From: Microcystis aeruginosa NIES-843
GTDB lineage: Bacteria; Cyanobacteriota; Cyanobacteriia; Cyanobacteriales; Microcystaceae
Direction of reading: 5' to 3'
Assembly (NCBI RefSeq): GCF_000010625.1
Contig: NC_010296.1
Coordinates: 1,080,001 to 1,112,000, forward strand
DNA length: 32,000 nucleotides
The notes beneath the pieces were generated by a model that made no database searches, was not told the DNA's origin, and was given only the letters and a program-made list of their open reading frames with translations. Below are positions 27,619 through 32,000 of the stretch, one piece after another. Positions within the stretch are counted from its first letter, which is position 1. Every line of letters starts with the position of its first letter. A program made the translations under genes and the position numbers.

Positions 27619-27807
27619 TGGTTATACTGTTGTATCTGGTTAATTATGGATTGATTGATGTTACTATCTTCCTTTAATAAACTAAGTTTTTGTTGCTGAT
27701 TATTGTTGCTGATTGATCAGAGTGATTAATGGGTTTTTCCACCACCTTAAACCGCTTATAAAACACCTCACTATTACCCTGTTGACCCAATTTAACAAAT
27801 ATCTCCT
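27619..27807 (-). repeat. Direct repeat copy B (the functional 3' end of the 351-aa gene + spacer)
   Basis: Pairs with 26708-26893 (see that feature). Confidence 0.9.
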
Positions 27808-28729
27808 CAAGACGCTCTTGACTTAAAATAATATCTGTAGGGTCAGATTCCCCATTAACCCAAGATAAATCAATGGGTTGCTCTGTGACAATTGCCAGAA
27901 AATATTCATCTCCTACTGCATCATATTGGAAAAATCGAGCTAGTCCTTCAGACGGGGGTAAACGAAGTCCTTCTGACAGCTTAGTATAAGGAATATAGGC
28001 AAATGCTCTTGAAGGACTAAAGAGATAAAAATTTCCTTCTACCGTCTCATTAATTAACAATAAATATTTACCATTTTCAGGTAAATTAACCCATAAATAA
28101 TGGGGCTTGTTAAGATAAATATAATTACCCTTATCTGGCTCTGGCTTAATTACAGTACCATTCATAACTAGACCCCTTTTTGAACTCCCGTTTGAGGCTC
28201 CTCCATTAGGGGATTTTTCTACCTCAAAATTTTCATTAATATCCAGCATCGTTAACTTATTACAAGCAGGTGCAGCAACTTCTTTTGCTAATTCCCAACC
28301 CATCCGAGGAAATTTTTTCTCCCATAACCATTGATAAGTCACTTGATGAGGTTCAATTGAATTCTGAGGTTTTCCTTTCTTCTCATATTTAGTAGTAATT
28401 AAATTGACACTTAATTCTAATCCATCGTCTATCATCGCTTGTTTAAACACATCTACCATTATTCTCCTAATTCTTTTCGCATATTCATGAATAGTTGCTT
28501 CCGTATAATGAAGATTATGCTTATTTTTCATTATTTCGACAATTTCACTTCTTTTTTTATCTTGATTTTTTGGATTATATAGAAGTTGAAATAAACAACT
28601 ATGATCTTGATTTTTTATCAAACCAGTACTTTGCAAGATCTGGTTTAGAAATGCTTTTTGCAATAGGTCTTTATCTTTAGTCCCTATCGTGTCAGGAATG
28701 CCAACCATTTTTAGTTCAAAAATAATCAA
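27674..28729 (-). CDS. Hypothetical protein: helical N-terminal region (possible HTH), Gly/Ser/Asn linker, beta-rich C-terminal module reminiscent of DUF4384
   Basis: 351-aa ORF. The segment EIVEIMKNKHNLHYTEATIHEYAKRIRRIM loosely resembles a LuxR/sigma-r4-type HTH. The C-terminal pattern GNYIYLNKPHYLWVNLPENGKYLLLINETVEGNFYLFSP...LRLPP...GDEYFLAIVTEQPI resembles what I remember of DUF4384. The function is unverified. Confidence 0.6.
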   Translation of the reverse strand: MIIFELKMVGIPDTIGTKDKDLLQKAFLNQILQSTGLIKNQDHSCLFQLLYNPKNQDKKRSEIVEIMKNKHNLHYTEATIHEYAKRIRRIMVDVFKQAMIDDGLELSVNLITTKYEKKGKPQNSIEPHQVTYQWLWEKKFPRMGWELAKEVAAPACNKLTMLDINENFEVEKSPNGGASNGSSKRGLVMNGTVIKPEPDKGNYIYLNKPHYLWVNLPENGKYLLLINETVEGNFYLFSPSRAFAYIPYTKLSEGLRLPPSEGLARFFQYDAVGDEYFLAIVTEQPIDLSWVNGESDPTDIILSQERLEEIFVKLGQQGNSEVFYKRFKVVEKPINHSDQSATIISNKNLVY

Positions 28730-28836
28730 AAATTAATAGAGATATTTAAAGATTACATCATTTCCTCTAATTTGTCAATATTTTTATGAGAAAGAGAAAG
28801 CACTGTTATTAATTGTTATTAAAAGTTATGTACGGT

Positions 28837-28866
28837 TATTTAGAGCTATTTAGAGTTATTTAGAGT
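28837..28866. repeat. 10-bp tandem repeat TATTTAGAG(C/T) x3 in a divergent intergenic region
   Basis: Read directly at 28837-28846, 28847-28856 and 28857-28866. Confidence 0.85.
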
Positions 28867-28970
28867 TGTTGGCTGATACCAATTTGTTATTCAGTATCTA
28901 TTGAATGTTATTTGCTCTGAATGTTTGACTTGAATCATCAACTTAATTAATTCACAGGAGTTGACAGCTA

Positions 28971-29582
28971 ATGCCAGTTTACAACGGTACAATTTACAAT
29001 GACTTCTTGTTCGGCAGTTTCGGTAATGACACCATGTACGGGAATGAAGGGAATGATAGCATTTACGGCCAAGGAGGCAACGACTACATCGACGGTGGAA
29101 TAGGCAACGACTACATTGATGGTGGAGATGGTGCAGATATCATCTTCGGCCGCGCTGGAAATGACAATGTCTTCGGCGGAAACGGTAGTGACTTGCTCAT
29201 TGGCGAAGCGGGTGCTGACACTTTATCAGGCGGAAACGACACTGATTATCTCTTTGGCGGAGCCGACAACGATGTTCTATTAGGAGGTGCTGGGAATGAC
29301 TTTGTCTATGGCGGCTATGGCAATGATATCCTCACTGGCGGCACTGGTGCCGATGCCTTTTTTTTCGGTTCTCTTCTAGAAGGAGTTGACGTAATCAAGG
29401 ATTTTCAGTGGATAGAGGGCGATGTCATCCAGCTCAGTAAGTCCGGATTTAATGCTAGTAGCCTTAGCCAATTTAACTACAATAGCTTAACAGGTGGGTT
29501 AAGTTTTCTTGGGCAACAATTCGCAACCATTGAAAATCGCCCCGCAGGGTTTGCTGTCTCTTTAGATGTTCAGCTTATTTAA
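28971..29582 (+). CDS. Small RTX / hemolysin-type calcium-binding repeat protein
   Basis: 203-aa ORF made almost entirely of GGxGxD-type nonapeptides (GNDTMYGNEGNDSIYGQGGNDYIDGGIGNDYIDGGDGADIIFGRAGNDNVFGGNGSD...). AGGAG lies ~10 nt upstream of the ATG. Confidence 0.85.
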   Translation: MPVYNGTIYNDFLFGSFGNDTMYGNEGNDSIYGQGGNDYIDGGIGNDYIDGGDGADIIFGRAGNDNVFGGNGSDLLIGEAGADTLSGGNDTDYLFGGADNDVLLGGAGNDFVYGGYGNDILTGGTGADAFFFGSLLEGVDVIKDFQWIEGDVIQLSKSGFNASSLSQFNYNSLTGGLSFLGQQFATIENRPAGFAVSLDVQLI

Positions 29583-29738
29583 TTGGTTGGGAGTGGGCGG
29601 GCGAATCTTTTGGTTCGCCTGTTCCAGACGACTGGGCAATTTTTGCTCACTGATCAAACTAAAAGCATGAACCTTGTTCTCAAGGAACAAAAGATAACGA
29701 ACAACAAAAAAAGAATTAATTTTTGAGGAGCAACAAAA

Positions 29739-30338
29739 ATGTTCAATCCCTGCAACCCCAAATATCCCTTATTTACTTTTGCTATTGCTTTATTCGTTGG
29801 CGGTATTACTAATCCAAGCAGTGCAGCAGAGTTTAAATTTCCTGATCAGGTTGATATTTACGTTAAATCCTTAGGAGGTGGTGCTGGTGCCAATTCTGAG
29901 TTTGGTCTTGGGACTACTTCAGAAAACTTTGTTCCGGTTCTTTCAGGATTGCCGAATAATCCATCAACAAACAGTGAGGTTTTTTTGGGGTCTTTTAATC
30001 CAGATCAACCAATTCCACTGGCAGTTTTAACTAACTGGAATGGTCAAAGTTTTTTCGCTACAATTGGAGGCACAGATATGGCTTCACAAATAGTTTTTTC
30101 GGATCTAGATAATAGCCTTGGTTTCGGAGGAAATACATTTGAGTTACTAGATACTAATATCTTCTTAGCTCATCTTGATGACGCTGCATCTTTCACTGTA
30201 GATGATGATGACGATGATGTTCTTGTTCAGATTCGTGTTGCATCTAAAAGAACGACTCCAGAATCCAGCAGCGTTCTTGCTTATATTACCCTTGGGGGTT
30301 TAATGCTAGGGAGTGCTATCCGCAAAGCCAGAAAGTGA
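29739..30338 (+). CDS. Secreted protein with PEP-CTERM-type C-terminal sorting signal
   Basis: 199-aa ORF with a signal-like N-terminus (PLFTFAIALFVGGITNPSSAAE). The C-terminus TPESSSVLAYITLGGLMLGSAIRKARK is a P-E-x motif + TM helix + basic tail. GAGGAG lies 8 nt upstream of the ATG. Confidence 0.7.
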   Translation: MFNPCNPKYPLFTFAIALFVGGITNPSSAAEFKFPDQVDIYVKSLGGGAGANSEFGLGTTSENFVPVLSGLPNNPSTNSEVFLGSFNPDQPIPLAVLTNWNGQSFFATIGGTDMASQIVFSDLDNSLGFGGNTFELLDTNIFLAHLDDAASFTVDDDDDDVLVQIRVASKRTTPESSSVLAYITLGGLMLGSAIRKARK

Positions 30339-30356
30339 TCGCATTGTAGCTCGCTA

Positions 30357-30779
30357 TTGGGTTGTTGTCAAACGAACAAGTCTCAATGGGTTCCAGGAGA
30401 AATTGTCACAGCGGGGCAAGTAGTAAAAGCGATTATTCTTAACGGATTGGGATTTGTCTCCCGATCCTTGTATTTATTTCCTCAATTTTTTGAAGATAAA
30501 GCAACCGAACATCTGCGGGGAGATGGCATCGAACCCAAACACCTGAATGATGATAAAATTAGTCGAGTAATGGACAAACTTTATCAACTTGATGTTTCGG
30601 CCATTTTCCTACTGATTAGTTTAGCGGCCGTGAAAAAATTTGGTGTGGCGACCGAGAATTCCCATTTAGATGCTACTTCCCTCTCAGTGGAAGGAGAATA
30701 TAATACTAAATCCGTTGAGTATAGGCTACATATCAGGACAGGCACTCATGCAATAGGCAAGAGGCAAAAGGGGGAATAA
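30357..30779 (+). pseudogene. IS1634/IS4-superfamily transposase N-terminal fragment (5'- and 3'-truncated relic)
   Basis: GQVVKAIILNGLGFVSRSLYLFPQFFEDKATEHLRGDGIEPKHLNDDKISRVMDKLY...KKFGVATENSHLDATSLSVEGEY matches the conserved N-terminal region of IS1634-type transposases as I recall it. Full-length enzymes are several hundred aa longer. The ORF has no ATG, and homology appears to end near 30700. Confidence 0.7.
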
Positions 30780-31001
30780 ATAATCAGTTTTTAATAACCA
30801 GATTTAGTATAAAAAGGAATACCCAACAGTAGAAATCCTTAGGCTAAGTTGAAGTTATAGTTTTAAGTATTTAATTGACTAACAAAGACTAGAGAAGGAG
30901 CAAAGGGAAAAAATGTCAATTAATGAATACAATTTTGTTACGGTTTTGCTCCTAGGGATGATCGATCGGTTAGAATGGTAAGACGCTCAACGATAACAAT
31001 T

Positions 31002-32000
31002 ATGACTTTACTAGCGAAATCTTTAGAGGAACTGACCGACTGGGTAAAAGACCAGGGACAACCCGCTTATCGGGGTAAACAATTACACCAATGGCTATAT
31101 GAAAAAGGGGTGCATTCTTTGGCGGATATTTCCGTATTCCCCCAAGAATGGCGCAGCAAGATGGCAGACTATCCTATTGGTCGTTCCCTTATACATTATC
31201 GCAGTGTAGCACCCGATCGCACTCGTAAATATCTGCTAAAACTGGCGGATGGTTTAATTATCGAAGCGGTGGGAATTCCTAGTGAAAAAAGATTGACAGT
31301 CTGTGTTTCTTCGCAAGTGGGTTGCCCGATGGCCTGTGATTTTTGTGCCACGGGAAAAGGGGGTTTTACTCGTAATTTAAAAGCACATGAAATCGTTGAC
31401 CAAGTGTTAACAGTACAGGAGGATTTTCAGCAGCGAGTCAGTCATGTGGTATTTATGGGGATGGGGGAACCTTTATTAAATATCCCCGAAGTGGTGACAG
31501 CGATTCATTGCCTTAATAAAGATGTGGGTATCGGTCAGCGTTGTTTAACGATTTCTACCGTGGGATTGCCCCATAAAATCAAGCAACTAGCGGAACATAA
31601 TTTGCAAATAACTTTTGCTGTTAGTCTCCATGCTTCTAATCAACAAGTTCGAGCTAAATTAATCCCCAGTGCCGACCATTATCTCCTAAGTAATCTGATC
31701 CAAGACTGTCAGGAATACGTTCAAATCACGGGACGAAGAGTGACATTTGAATACATTCTTTTAGCGGGAGTAAATGATTTACCCGAACACGCAAGGGAAT
31801 TAGCCAAACTGGTGAAAGGTTTTCAATCCCACGTCAATCTCATCCCCTATAATCCTATTCAAGAGGTGGATTATCAACGGCCTGATGAAAAGAGAATTAA
31901 GGCTTTTAAAACTATTTTAGAACAGGAAAAAGTCGCCGTTACTGTCCGTTATTCCAGAGGTTTAGCGACCGATGCGGCCTGTGGACAATTGCGATCGAGC
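31002..32000 (+). CDS. rlmN: 23S rRNA/tRNA adenine-C2 methyltransferase RlmN (radical SAM), 3' end beyond the window
   Basis: Missing from the ORF track because it has no stop in the window. Manual translation: [51 protein letters not shown]...[27 protein letters not shown]...AACGQLRS. It carries the radical-SAM Cys cluster CPMACDFC. An in-frame alternative ATG lies at 30975. Confidence 0.9.
   Translation, partial: MTLLAKSLEELTDWVKDQGQPAYRGKQLHQWLYEKGVHSLADISVFPQEWRSKMADYPIGRSLIHYRSVAPDRTRKYLLKLADGLIIEAVGIPSEKRLTVCVSSQVGCPMACDFCATGKGGFTRNLKAHEIVDQVLTVQEDFQQRVSHVVFMGMGEPLLNIPEVVTAIHCLNKDVGIGQRCLTISTVGLPHKIKQLAEHNLQITFAVSLHASNQQVRAKLIPSADHYLLSNLIQDCQEYVQITGRRVTFEYILLAGVNDLPEHARELAKLVKGFQSHVNLIPYNPIQEVDYQRPDEKRIKAFKTILEQEKVAVTVRYSRGLATDAACGQLRSS

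Overview
This looks like a cyanobacterial chromosome segment. It has several HIP1 GCGATCGC palindromes, heptamer tandem repeats, a recurring ~225-bp MITE, and crtH / ABC1 kinase / PEP-CTERM gene content. A Microcystis-like genome is my inference, not a database result. Housekeeping genes sit at both edges and in the middle: a partial capD-like gene, crtH, an ABC1/UbiB kinase, tRNA-Leu(GAG), a PNP/MTAN-fold protein, an ABC ATPase, rimK and a partial rlmN. Two blocks look accessory. (i) 5.4-19.7 kb holds two tandem, paralogous giant genes encoding subtilase (S8) + Calx-beta + RTX proteins. Gene 1 carries twelve near-identical 333-bp cassettes. Gene 2 carries one copy of the same cassette, two P-domain-like modules and further internal duplications. 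Both genes share a conserved 51-nt hairpin leader and the same N-terminus. (ii) 23.5-30.8 kb holds a TPR-CHAT (caspase-like) protease gene. Its inferred upstream partner (351 aa, unknown function, DUF4384-like C-terminus) is separated from it by a vapBC toxin-antitoxin cassette flanked by ~185-bp direct repeats. A small RTX protein, a PEP-CTERM protein and an IS1634-type transposase relic follow. I saw no rRNA, CRISPR array, cas, integrase or phage structural genes. All repeat and hairpin coordinates were derived by hand and may be off by a few bases. Domain names come from motif recognition, not HMM searches.
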